DNA of 64,000 nt, taken from contig OZ247501.1 of NCBI GenBank assembly GCA_965233735.1, forward strand, positions 102,531-166,530, in the 5' to 3' direction. This document shows positions 21,117-30,830 of this stretch, in pieces. The position numbers were made by a program, and so were the translations under genes. The notes under the pieces are model-generated. The model searched no databases. It saw only the letters and a list, made by a program, of their open reading frames with translations, and had not been told where the DNA came from. The stretch is from Rickettsiales bacterium. Lineage in GTDB: Bacteria; Pseudomonadota; Alphaproteobacteria; CAJXXZ01; 1604HC. The stretch's first letter is position 1. Each line of letters begins with the position of its first letter.

Positions 21117-22751
21117 TTAATTTGATTCCACATCCATATTTTCATCTGAGTTTAAAGCTTCTTGGAAACTATTTATATTTCCTTTTATGTTAATTATTGC
21201 GTTATAAAAAGCCTTTAATTTATTTTTGACATTTTTATTGTCTTCACTTTGATTACAAAAAGATTTTTGTAGTAAGTTATATATATATTTCACACTATTG
21301 TTTGTAATTGTTATTTGTTGATTGTGTATTAATTTATCAACTTCTTCTTGCATTGAAGTTAAAAATGACAATATATTTTCAATTGGTGTTTCATTCATAA
21401 TTTCTTTAATATCTTTTATTTTAAATTGTGAATGCCTATTATTAAGTGAGTATTCTACTAAAGTGCTATTAAAATTGTTTCCTGGATTTCCATTTGCAAA
21501 ATTATCATAATCTCCTTTTTTTGGTTGAGAAATTTCATTGTTCATTCTAAAATCTAATATTTTCAATTTTGGACCATCATCGCTAAATTCAAATCCAAAA
21601 TTACCTGGATTACTACATAAATCCTTTAGTCTCATAAATTTTGCAAGTACATTTAATAAGCAAAATTGTTTCATTAAAGGTTTTATTAAGTCTATTTTTT
21701 CAAATTGTTCTGATGTTTTATCAGTTGCTATATCTTTGAATTCACCTCCAATTATAACTTCTTTAATTTGCAATTTTGGAAGATTATAAATCGATTTTAC
21801 ATAATTTTTAATTTCATCATTATGAAATGAATCTATATGCTGATTTACCCTACTATTCCACACGTCATGTGCTTCACCTTGTTCTTGTTTGATTTTTTCT
21901 AATTTGTCATATTCACAAAAAGGATTATCTGCGCTAAGATCTTTTGTTGCAATTAATAAGTTATTCCAATCTCGTCCAAAAAAATGAACTTCAGGACCTA
22001 CTCCTATATGTGCAAGTATAGAGTATGATAATAATTCAAGAATGTTTGTTTCTTTAGCAGATGTTCCAGATGCTTTTGTTCTGCTATCATTATATCTCCA
22101 ACCATTAGAGTGAAATTTTACATAATATTTTCCTTTAAATTTTTCACTTATGATATTAGCAATGCAACCAACTTGAACGCCATCTTTTTTATTAACTATT
22201 TTAATATCGTTTTCATTAATCTTAAAAAGTTCAGAAAAATATTCTATAGTGTGATTTTTAACCCATATTTCAGGAATTTTATCAATTTCATAGCTCAACT
22301 CTAATAATTTTTCATTTATTTTTTTAAATTTATTATCATCTCGCGGTGATTGGCAATTTTTAAAATACATTAAAATGGTTTTGAAATTTTGACGTTTGGA
22401 TGACTTATCTGCTAAATCGCTTATATTTTCAAAATTTTCAAATGATTCTAGTAAGTCTTGTTCACTTGGATTTATTGAAGTGGTTTGCATTTTTTTTAAT
22501 AATAATTGCCAATTTTCTTCTCCAAGAGCTTCTTGAAAATTAGCCTTATTAAATAATTCAGCTTGTTTTCTAGTTGCTTGTTTTAATGGAGTTTCCTCAA
22601 TTGCTTGAGAATTAGCTTGATGTGCTTCAGGGGTACAAAACAAGTGACCAGGACTAGTTTGTCTAGGTGAACGAGTTGGAGTGGCAATATTTTCATTCAT
22701 AGCATGATTGCTCAAAATGAAAAATAACATAATTTGTTTTAAATGGTTCAT
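21117..22751 (-). CDS. Secreted atypical kinase-like protein, paralog of 7104-8525
   Basis: Short signal-like N-terminus; KKDGVQVG, YYVKFHSNG, ELLSY, GPEVHFFGRD, DLCSNPGNFG, LKILDF. Confidence 0.6.
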   Translation of the reverse strand: MNHLKQIMLFFILSNHAMNENIATPTRSPRQTSPGHLFCTPEAHQANSQAIEETPLKQATRKQAELFNKANFQEALGEENWQLLLKKMQTTSINPSEQDLLESFENFENISDLADKSSKRQNFKTILMYFKNCQSPRDDNKFKKINEKLLELSYEIDKIPEIWVKNHTIEYFSELFKINENDIKIVNKKDGVQVGCIANIISEKFKGKYYVKFHSNGWRYNDSRTKASGTSAKETNILELLSYSILAHIGVGPEVHFFGRDWNNLLIATKDLSADNPFCEYDKLEKIKQEQGEAHDVWNSRVNQHIDSFHNDEIKNYVKSIYNLPKLQIKEVIIGGEFKDIATDKTSEQFEKIDLIKPLMKQFCLLNVLAKFMRLKDLCSNPGNFGFEFSDDGPKLKILDFRMNNEISQPKKGDYDNFANGNPGNNFNSTLVEYSLNNRHSQFKIKDIKEIMNETPIENILSFLTSMQEEVDKLIHNQQITITNNSVKYIYNLLQKSFCNQSEDNKNVKNKLKAFYNAIINIKGNINSFQEALNSDENMDVESN

Positions 22752-22791
22752 AAGTTTCCTTAATGTAATTTTAGTATTTTAATGAATAAAG

Positions 22792-25700
22792 TCAATTGTT
22801 GAATATTTGTTGTTTTAATATTTCAATTGCTTTTTCTAATTGAGGGTCATGTCCACTTTCAAATTCTTCTGGAGTTATTCCAATTTCAATGTCCGGATCT
22901 ACACCTTGATTTTCCATATTTGTTCCTCCATTTTTCATATCTGTTCCAAATTCAGGTTGGCTAGTTAATCCACCATCTATTAGATAATACCTTGGCATAA
23001 TTCCTACTACTCCACCCCATGTTCTTTTTCCAATAACTGGTCCCAATTTTAATTCTTTGAACATTTTTGTGAATATATCTCCATCTGAACCTGTATTTTC
23101 GTTGCATAAAAGAACCATTGGTCCTGAAGGAGATTCATGTGGATAAGGAGACTTTGATCCATGTCTTGGAATTGAATAAGCTGATCTTTTTCTTTGCAAT
23201 TTATCCAGTATTAATGAAGATAAAAATCCTCCGCTATTATATCTTGCATCTACAATAAGTGCTGCTTTATGATGTTCAAATATATATCTGCTATAAAATT
23301 CTTCAAATCCACTTTGAACCATATTGGGAATATGTACATATCCTATATCTTCAGATGAATTTTTCACTATTTTAACATTTTGTTTTATCCAATTTTGATA
23401 TGATAACTTATTCCAAGAATTTAAAGGTTTGACCAATATATCTTCTTTCCCGTTTAAAGTGATTATGTTGTTTCCAGATATAAGATGAGAATGTGGATTT
23501 AATGTATTTTCATTTTTCATACAATATCCATTAATGTTGCTAATAATATCTCCCTCTTTGGCTTTAAAATTCAAAGGAGAATCAAGTTTCCAGTTGTCAC
23601 CTCTATATATTTCAATTATTTTAAATCCAGAATCTACTTTTTCAAATTTTGCTCCTAGATAATATAATTTTTTATGGTCTGCTTCGTATACATCTCCTGG
23701 CTCTAGAACATAAGCATGTGATGTTTTCAACTCTCCAATCATATCTGCTAATATTGTGTTTAGTTCGCTTCTAGATTTGATTTTATCTATTAAATGTATG
23801 TATTTATCTTGAATACTATCCCAGTTAATATTATTCATATTTTTATTCCAAAAATGCTCTCTTGTTAACCACCATACTTCAGTGAAAATTTGTTTCCACT
23901 CTTTGACTGGATCAACGCTAACAATTATGTCTTCAATTGAAACCCAGCTTCCTTTTTTGTAAGATGTGTCATTGTCATCAAATTTATTTCCAGCAGATCC
24001 AACTCTGAATTTTTCATTATTCCAAATCATCATCCATTTTTTATTTTGAGATATTGAAATGCTTAATGCGTCTGAGCAAATATTTTCTAATTTAGAACTG
24101 TTGAAATTCATTATTTCAACTTTTTTCCCAGTAGTAAGCATTAATTTATTTTCTAAGCTAATTAATTTAGTATATTTATTTGGCTTTATAGTTGAAGCAA
24201 AACATCTTAGTTGAATATTTTTCAAGTCAATGCTTATATCTTCATCTTCTTTTGTCTTTTCATTTTTTTCTTCATTTTCATCAATGCTTTTTTCGTCTTC
24301 ATCATCAATTTCATCTTTGCAATCTATGTCTATCCAATTTTTAAAAGGATTTTCATTATCTTCTTGTAGAGATATTGCGTATGGCTTTGTTCCATCTTTG
24401 AAATGCAAATTGAAAGATAATGGGTCGAATTCTGTTTTCAAATCTCTAAATGAAAGAAAGAAAATATATTCACCAGAAGGGTCGAATTTAGGAGAATAAC
24501 TTTTAAATTCTGGAGCTGTTAACTCATATGTTTTGCTATCATGTATATTAAATAAAAACAAAGATGATAGCTCATCAGAAACATTTCTTGAATAAACTAT
24601 CCACTTTCCATCAGGAGACCAGTCCATTCCTTGAAAAAAGTCACCACTATCTACTATTTTTATTGATTTTTGAGTGTTTATATCTATTATCCAAATTTCA
24701 CTTCTATTATTAATTGCGGCAATACAATTTTTACTTGATATAATTGCATTTTTTATTCTTCCAATATTTTTTGATTTAAATTCTATATTCTTTTCATTAT
24801 GCAGAGTTATATATGAATCATCACCTTGGTCCTGAATTGTTACCAAATCACTTTCATGGTTCCATAGTGATATTCTGCATCTTATATTTTCATTTTGTAT
24901 TTTGTAACCTTTGTTCCATAGAGGCTTTGAGTACACCTTCCCTCTAATTGCGCATGAAACTTCATCACCTTGATTGTTAATATTAAAATGAGTTAAGAAA
25001 GTTGTGTTTTCTTCAGAGTCAAACTTATTTTGTTCAAAACTATAACTTGGTCCTTCAATATTTAGTTTAACATCTTCGTTAGTTGAAGGATTAAATGTAT
25101 ATATGTCTCCTCCCTTGCTATATAAAATTTTATCATCGTATTTAGAAATATCTTTTACATAAAAGTCATTATGTTTGGTTTTTTGAGACCAAGTGCTATT
25201 TTCTAAATTATATTGGTAAATATTTCCACATCCATCGTAATCGCTTAAAAAATACAAACTATCATTTACCCACATTGGTTTTAATGCATTGCTGTTAGCA
25301 AAAGGAAGTTTTTCAAATTTATCTTTTTTAATCCATAAATCAGCTACAGTTCCTCCTTTATATTCTCTCCAGTTGTTATATCCATAGCCTAATCTTTGAA
25401 TTACTTCTTTTTTGTTGCTATTCCAGGATATCCAACTTGCTTGACCGCAAGGGATTTTTTCATGCTTGTTTGTATTAATATTTAATTTAAAAAGGTTGAA
25501 TTGTTTTTTAAATGGCAATTCATAATTTGTAGCATATATTACAGTTTCGCTATCAAACCACCCTACTACATATGTAGAGTCTCCATAAAATGTTTTTCTT
25601 ACAGGAGTGTGATTTTTTAATTCAATAATATAAACATCAGACTTGCTATCTTCTGATCCTGTGAAAGCTAAATATTTTCCATTGGGAGATATTGATAAAT

Positions 25701-25836
25701 CTCTTGCAGGGTTTTGCAATAATATCCATCTATTTAGACCTCCTTGTTCAGACCATGACCACAAAGTTTCATGGGAAATCATGTATATCTTGTCTTCATA
25801 ACCGACAGGGTGTCTATAATGTTGTTTTAATGACAT
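22792..25836 (-). CDS. Tricorn protease (peptidase S41, beta-propellers plus PDZ)
   Basis: SPNG/SPDG propeller repeats, ELKTSHAY, DARYNSGG, GSDGDIF (Ser), GKRTWGGVVG, GVDPDI. Confidence 0.9.
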   Translation of the reverse strand: MSLKQHYRHPVGYEDKIYMISHETLWSWSEQGGLNRWILLQNPARDLSISPNGKYLAFTGSEDSKSDVYIIELKNHTPVRKTFYGDSTYVVGWFDSETVIYATNYELPFKKQFNLFKLNINTNKHEKIPCGQASWISWNSNKKEVIQRLGYGYNNWREYKGGTVADLWIKKDKFEKLPFANSNALKPMWVNDSLYFLSDYDGCGNIYQYNLENSTWSQKTKHNDFYVKDISKYDDKILYSKGGDIYTFNPSTNEDVKLNIEGPSYSFEQNKFDSEENTTFLTHFNINNQGDEVSCAIRGKVYSKPLWNKGYKIQNENIRCRISLWNHESDLVTIQDQGDDSYITLHNEKNIEFKSKNIGRIKNAIISSKNCIAAINNRSEIWIIDINTQKSIKIVDSGDFFQGMDWSPDGKWIVYSRNVSDELSSLFLFNIHDSKTYELTAPEFKSYSPKFDPSGEYIFFLSFRDLKTEFDPLSFNLHFKDGTKPYAISLQEDNENPFKNWIDIDCKDEIDDEDEKSIDENEEKNEKTKEDEDISIDLKNIQLRCFASTIKPNKYTKLISLENKLMLTTGKKVEIMNFNSSKLENICSDALSISISQNKKWMMIWNNEKFRVGSAGNKFDDNDTSYKKGSWVSIEDIIVSVDPVKEWKQIFTEVWWLTREHFWNKNMNNINWDSIQDKYIHLIDKIKSRSELNTILADMIGELKTSHAYVLEPGDVYEADHKKLYYLGAKFEKVDSGFKIIEIYRGDNWKLDSPLNFKAKEGDIISNINGYCMKNENTLNPHSHLISGNNIITLNGKEDILVKPLNSWNKLSYQNWIKQNVKIVKNSSEDIGYVHIPNMVQSGFEEFYSRYIFEHHKAALIVDARYNSGGFLSSLILDKLQRKRSAYSIPRHGSKSPYPHESPSGPMVLLCNENTGSDGDIFTKMFKELKLGPVIGKRTWGGVVGIMPRYYLIDGGLTSQPEFGTDMKNGGTNMENQGVDPDIEIGITPEEFESGHDPQLEKAIEILKQQIFNN

Positions 25837-25887
25837 ATAAAAATAATAATATTTTAAACCTTATAATAATAGTGTTTTAATATTTTT

Positions 25888-27441
25888 TCATTTGTTCAAT
25901 GTGAATAATTCATAATCTTTTAAAGAAGAAACTAAATTATTATTTGGAGCATCTAAAATATAAGCTCTAAGCATGATGACAACTTCCTCGTGAATCATTT
26001 CTTTATGTGTTTGGCCTAATAGCGGAACTTGTCTTACTCCAGGAATTCCTTTTTTGTTTGTCTTGTTAGATTTTTTAATTAATCCACCTACAATGACCAA
26101 ACTTCCATCATCCACTCTTATTGTGCTGTCCATTTCTTGAGTAGAAATAATTGGGATAGAGGATTTATGTTTTCCACTAGACATTAATGTAACCGCTGGG
26201 TCTTCTATAATATCAACAACATCAGATATAGTTGGATGAATAAATAAAGTCACAGTTCTATTTCTGAAATCTACCGATGGCTGAACAGATAATATTGTTC
26301 CAACTGGGACAGTTTGAACATCACTACTAAATGTTCTTACGGCATCTTGATCAGTTATATTTTTTCCTTTAACAGTAATCAAATCTGACTGCCTTAATTT
26401 GAAATATATTTTATTTTCTGCAACTTTGAATACTGCATACTGGTTGTTTAATACTGTTGTTGTTGGGTTGGATACTGTAAACACTTCTCCATACTGTTCT
26501 AATAAACTTATTATTTCATTTTCACTTTTATCATTTGAAACTATCATTTTAAGTGCATTATTATTTTGTGCTTCAGAGCTGACTGCCATTTTTACATCAT
26601 TTGTGGAGTTTACCCAATTCTTTGCATTGTTATACATATTTAAAGAATTCCAATTAATTCCAGTTTTGAATTCATGATTTAGCCTAACAGAAAGAACCTT
26701 TGCTTCTATTAATACCTGACTGGCTGCTCTTTTATGTACTTGTAAAAGAAACTCATGTACTCTTTTTTGATGTTGTTGAGTTCCATGTACAATTAAAATT
26801 CCAGCCTGCTTATTTAATGTATAATTTGACCTTTTTTTAGTTGAGTGTTTTTCATTCTTATGAAATGTTTGAGAAGTATCTTTTAAGATGAATTCTAAAT
26901 TTTGTTCTATTTCTTTCCATAAATCTGATGTATGAGAATTATTTAAGCTAATAGAAGATCCTACGCTTAGTCCAGCATGATTACTGCTTGGGTTTATAGA
27001 TGTATTAGTATTAGATGTTCTAATATTAGATAAAAATGTAATTTCATGAATATGGTCATATTCAACATCTTCTGTTATGTATATATCATTATTGTTTATT
27101 TGAATCCTAAAATTTGCAGCTTCACATAATTTTTTTATTACTTCTAGCACAGAAGTGTTTTTACATGAAAAAAAAGTTTTAAAATCTTTAAGGTTTGCAT
27201 CTAATCGTAAATTTAATTTTTTTTCTTGAGTTATTTTTTTTATTATTTCTATTACAGATGTGCTGTCAGAAAAACTAATATTAATTTTTTCTTTCCATTC
27301 ACAAGGAACTGAAATTATTTTTTTTCTTTGAACACAGTTAACATTTTTGGCTTTTCTTATTTCTTCTTTAAATTGTTTTGGAGGTTCGACTTTTTCATTG
27401 CATCCAAATAAAAAAAGAAAAACTAATAAAGTGAGTTTCAT
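25888..27441 (-). CDS. Lipoprotein secretin (T2SS/type IV pilus, MshL-like)
   Basis: Lipobox LFGC, STN/N3-like region, QVLIEAKV, GINW, VLNNQ, VGGLI, GIPGVRQVPLLG. Confidence 0.85.
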   Translation of the reverse strand: MKLTLLVFLFLFGCNEKVEPPKQFKEEIRKAKNVNCVQRKKIISVPCEWKEKINISFSDSTSVIEIIKKITQEKKLNLRLDANLKDFKTFFSCKNTSVLEVIKKLCEAANFRIQINNNDIYITEDVEYDHIHEITFLSNIRTSNTNTSINPSSNHAGLSVGSSISLNNSHTSDLWKEIEQNLEFILKDTSQTFHKNEKHSTKKRSNYTLNKQAGILIVHGTQQHQKRVHEFLLQVHKRAASQVLIEAKVLSVRLNHEFKTGINWNSLNMYNNAKNWVNSTNDVKMAVSSEAQNNNALKMIVSNDKSENEIISLLEQYGEVFTVSNPTTTVLNNQYAVFKVAENKIYFKLRQSDLITVKGKNITDQDAVRTFSSDVQTVPVGTILSVQPSVDFRNRTVTLFIHPTISDVVDIIEDPAVTLMSSGKHKSSIPIISTQEMDSTIRVDDGSLVIVGGLIKKSNKTNKKGIPGVRQVPLLGQTHKEMIHEEVVIMLRAYILDAPNNNLVSSLKDYELFTLNK

Positions 27442-27486
27442 ATAAACAGATTATATGTTTATATCTTTTACAATCAAGCTTGAGGT

Positions 27487-27732
27487 TTATTTTTCTCTGA
27501 AAATAATAATACCTTCTTGAAGATTATCACTACTTAATTCAACGCGAACTTTATCTCCAGTTGTTATTTTTATTCTGTTTTTTTTAATTTTTCCAGATAG
27601 AATTCCTGAAATTTCCTTTTCTTTTAACAAAGGTTTTTTATTAAAATCCTTTTGTAACACAATTAGAAATTTTCCATAAGATATGCTTTTTACGACTCCA
27701 TAAAATTCCATAGTTTGAATGTGTGAATTCAT
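27487..27732 (-). CDS. infA: Translation initiation factor IF-1
   Basis: LSGKIKKNRIKITTGDKVRVELS..GIIIFR. Confidence 0.9.
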   Translation of the reverse strand: MNSHIQTMEFYGVVKSISYGKFLIVLQKDFNKKPLLKEKEISGILSGKIKKNRIKITTGDKVRVELSSDNLQEGIIIFREK

Positions 27733-27833
27733 TTTAAATAAACCTACTAAATATCATTAACCTTATTATATGTTTAAGTGATTTATAAGTCAAAAAATTG
27801 CATATACATTTTTTGTATGTTATTTTTTTGACT

Positions 27834-29180
27834 ATGAATGTGAAATTTTTTTTATCTGTTTTTGCAATATCTATTTTATCTAAAAAAGATGTTGATGCGC
27901 TTCCAAAAGCAGAAAGCAAAATTGCTATAAAAAGTAATGATATCGTAAATCAAAAGGCCTTGTCTCCACGTGACTCTATAGTAAGAATTGTTGCTCAGTC
28001 TAATTATTATCCTAATGATTATAATTATGCTAAAAGTGATCCTTTGAATAAAAAAATAATAAAAATTCTTACAAATAAAAATAGTTTTTCTGCTTTAATA
28101 ATTAATAAGCATATTGTTACGGATTTGAAAAACATAGTTGGAAAAAAAAATATATACATGCTTTACAACAATGAAAAGCTTTACTTAAATCTTATTGGTT
28201 ATGATAAAGCTTCTTCTGTTGCTGTTTTGAAACCAAAGAAAGAGTTGAACAATGTTTATGATTTTAATTCTAAAAAAGGAACTTGGGGAGAAAAGATCAA
28301 AATAATAGGTTTTGATAGCATATTTACTTCTGTTATATCTAAAATTGACCAAAATAATATGTTTACAGATAAAGTGTTGCCTCATTCACTGTATGGTGCT
28401 GCAGTTTTGAATGATAAAAATGAATTTATAGGTATGATCAAAGCTGAAAAATCATCAGATATGGCAAATTTTGTTGAACAAATAATTCCATCAGCAATCT
28501 TAAAAAATATAGTAAATCAAATTATAAAAAATAAAAGAGTTATAAGGGGGTCTCTTGGATTCACTTTAGATGGAAAAACAATAACTTCTGTATTAAAAGG
28601 AAGTGCTATGGATTCAATGGGAGTAATTCCAGGAATGACTATAGAAAGCATTAATGAAAAAAGTAATTTGATAAAAAATGAATATAAACCAGGTCAAGTA
28701 GTTAATTTAGTTATAAAAATGGTAGATAATAATGGAGAAATCAAGACTTCGAAAATGAAAACTATTGTAGGTGAATATGTAAATATCATGGAAAGTATTA
28801 CTGATGATAATTTAGAAGTTAATACTTATGTGTTTTCAAATAACAAAATGGAAAATTCTGCTTACTTTCAAGAAATCATAGAGCTTCCACAGGAATTGAA
28901 AGAATATGTTGCTAATAAAGTTAATGATTTGTCTTCTTATTTTAATTCATATAAAAATCCAATATTGTCTGGAGTTTTAGTTGTTAAGGCAGATGAAAAT
29001 AATATATTTAAAAAAGGGGATATCATTAAATTAATTGGTAATCATGTAGCCACTATGACTTTGATTCATACCAGTTATGCTATGTTGAAATCTTTTGAAA
29101 AGAAGAATATTTCATTTACTATTATTAGAAATGGAAAAGTAATCACTGTAGATATGTACGCAAATCAACTTGACGGTTAA
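27834..29180 (+). CDS. HtrA/DegP-like periplasmic protein with PDZ domains, catalytic triad absent
   Basis: Signal peptide, SIVRI, IVT, GYD..VAVL, AVLNDKNEFIGM, VIRGSLG PDZ, GDII, RNGK. Confidence 0.7.
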   Translation: MNVKFFLSVFAISILSKKDVDALPKAESKIAIKSNDIVNQKALSPRDSIVRIVAQSNYYPNDYNYAKSDPLNKKIIKILTNKNSFSALIINKHIVTDLKNIVGKKNIYMLYNNEKLYLNLIGYDKASSVAVLKPKKELNNVYDFNSKKGTWGEKIKIIGFDSIFTSVISKIDQNNMFTDKVLPHSLYGAAVLNDKNEFIGMIKAEKSSDMANFVEQIIPSAILKNIVNQIIKNKRVIRGSLGFTLDGKTITSVLKGSAMDSMGVIPGMTIESINEKSNLIKNEYKPGQVVNLVIKMVDNNGEIKTSKMKTIVGEYVNIMESITDDNLEVNTYVFSNNKMENSAYFQEIIELPQELKEYVANKVNDLSSYFNSYKNPILSGVLVVKADENNIFKKGDIIKLIGNHVATMTLIHTSYAMLKSFEKKNISFTIIRNGKVITVDMYANQLDG

Positions 29181-29192
29181 TAATTTTAAAAA

Positions 29193-29939
29193 TTAAAAAT
29201 CAATATTCATAGACAAATCTATATATGCTTTTATTGGAATATTGTTTGGTCTCATTTTTATATTGCAATTATGTTTTAATAATGTGCTTTCTAGGTTTTG
29301 TAAATGTTTTAGATTGTTTTGAATTGTTTTTCTTGGGTTAGAAAATGCTTGTCGTAAAACTATATCTAGTTTGTCTAAATCTATTTTTATATTGTTACTT
29401 TTAATGCTTATCACTTCAGAGTCTACTTTTGGTGCTGGAAAAAAACATCCTGGAGGAACGTGTAATATTTTTTTAACATCAGCAACGCTTTGTATGAAGC
29501 AAGATATTCTTCCATAATTTCTTTCATTGCATTTAGATGTTATTTTATCTGCCACTTCTTTTTGAATTAAAAACACAGCATTTTTGAATGTCTGTATATG
29601 CTTTGTGAATTTAATTATAATAGGAGCAGAAATGTTATATGGCAAGTTCCCAACCATAATATAATCATCAGGAAGGCATTCAAATTTGGACTTCAAAATA
29701 TCTTCATTGATTACTTTTACATTATTTAATTCATTCAAAAGGTTTAAAAATCTACTATCTTTTTCAATTGCAATAATATCGCTTGCACCAAATTCAATTA
29801 ATTTTTTTGTTAACTGACCAGTTCCTGGGCCTATTTCTATTATTTGCTTAGAAATAGATGTTGAATAGTTTGCAATGTAATTAAGCTTGCTCTGGTCTGT
29901 GAGATAATGTTGACCAAGGTTCTTTTTAGGAGCGATCAT
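29193..29939 (-). CDS. rsmA: 16S rRNA dimethyladenosine transferase KsgA
   Basis: PKKNLGQHY, EIGPGTG, GNLPYNI, PAPKVDS. Confidence 0.95.
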   Translation of the reverse strand: MIAPKKNLGQHYLTDQSKLNYIANYSTSISKQIIEIGPGTGQLTKKLIEFGASDIIAIEKDSRFLNLLNELNNVKVINEDILKSKFECLPDDYIMVGNLPYNISAPIIIKFTKHIQTFKNAVFLIQKEVADKITSKCNERNYGRISCFIQSVADVKKILHVPPGCFFPAPKVDSEVISIKSNNIKIDLDKLDIVLRQAFSNPRKTIQNNLKHLQNLESTLLKHNCNIKMRPNNIPIKAYIDLSMNIDF

Positions 29940-30697
29940 GATTCTTCTGAATATATATGAGATCTACTCATTTGTATGTATTTTTTTACAGAATTATCTT
30001 TTAATATTTTTTCTTGCATTTTCTCATAAAGGTTCTCATCAACAATTACTCTGTTTTCCAAAAAATAAAACACATAATGTCCATTTTCATAAACTATTTT
30101 GCTGAATTTTCCTTTTAATGTTTCTTTCAAAGTATTTGATGATAATTCGCTTAATTGAAAATCTAGGATTATATCTTGATTTTCTATGAATGTTTCAGAG
30201 CTTTTCAGGATGTTTTTATGATTTTCTGAAGGTGATTCTTCTAATTTTTTAAGAATCATTTGTGATTTATTCTTTGTTGGATTAGATATGATCCACAATT
30301 TATATCCATATATAATTTCATTTTTTGCTTTTTTAACATGTTCCGAACTTATGTCATTTTTATTGTAATCTACGCTGTGATGCATTTGTTGAAACAATGT
30401 AATATAAGTTGCAAAATCTATTGCTGTTTGCGTGTTAGGTTGTGGTAATTGAGCAAGAACATGCTGTAAAAATTGTTCATTTATTTGTATTTTTTTACTT
30501 TTAAATATAAATTTTAAAGTTTCTAAGTCTATAAGGTAATCTTTTACACTATTATATTTTATATTATATATTTTTTGAACTTCATATGAAGAAATAAATT
30601 TACCAATTTCTTGTATTTGTTTTTTTACAAAAACTCGATTTCCAACTTTTAAGGAATTAGCATTTAAAAAACATAAAAATAATAAAATACATTTCAT
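29936..30697 (-). CDS. Secreted protein, probably highly diverged SurA
   Basis: Signal peptide, position directly upstream of rsmA (surA-pdxA-ksgA synteny), parvulin-like remnant GKFSKIVYENGHYVF. Confidence 0.45.
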   Translation of the reverse strand: MKCILLFLCFLNANSLKVGNRVFVKKQIQEIGKFISSYEVQKIYNIKYNSVKDYLIDLETLKFIFKSKKIQINEQFLQHVLAQLPQPNTQTAIDFATYITLFQQMHHSVDYNKNDISSEHVKKAKNEIIYGYKLWIISNPTKNKSQMILKKLEESPSENHKNILKSSETFIENQDIILDFQLSELSSNTLKETLKGKFSKIVYENGHYVFYFLENRVIVDENLYEKMQEKILKDNSVKKYIQMSRSHIYSEES

Positions 30698-30830
30698 AAT
30701 TAACATTATGATATTTATTAAGTGAATTTTCAAACTCCTTGTGAAATTTTTGTTTGTTTGCCTAATTAATTAGACATATATATGATTATGCAATATACTT
30801 AAATTAGTTATCCAGGAGATTATTTTATTC

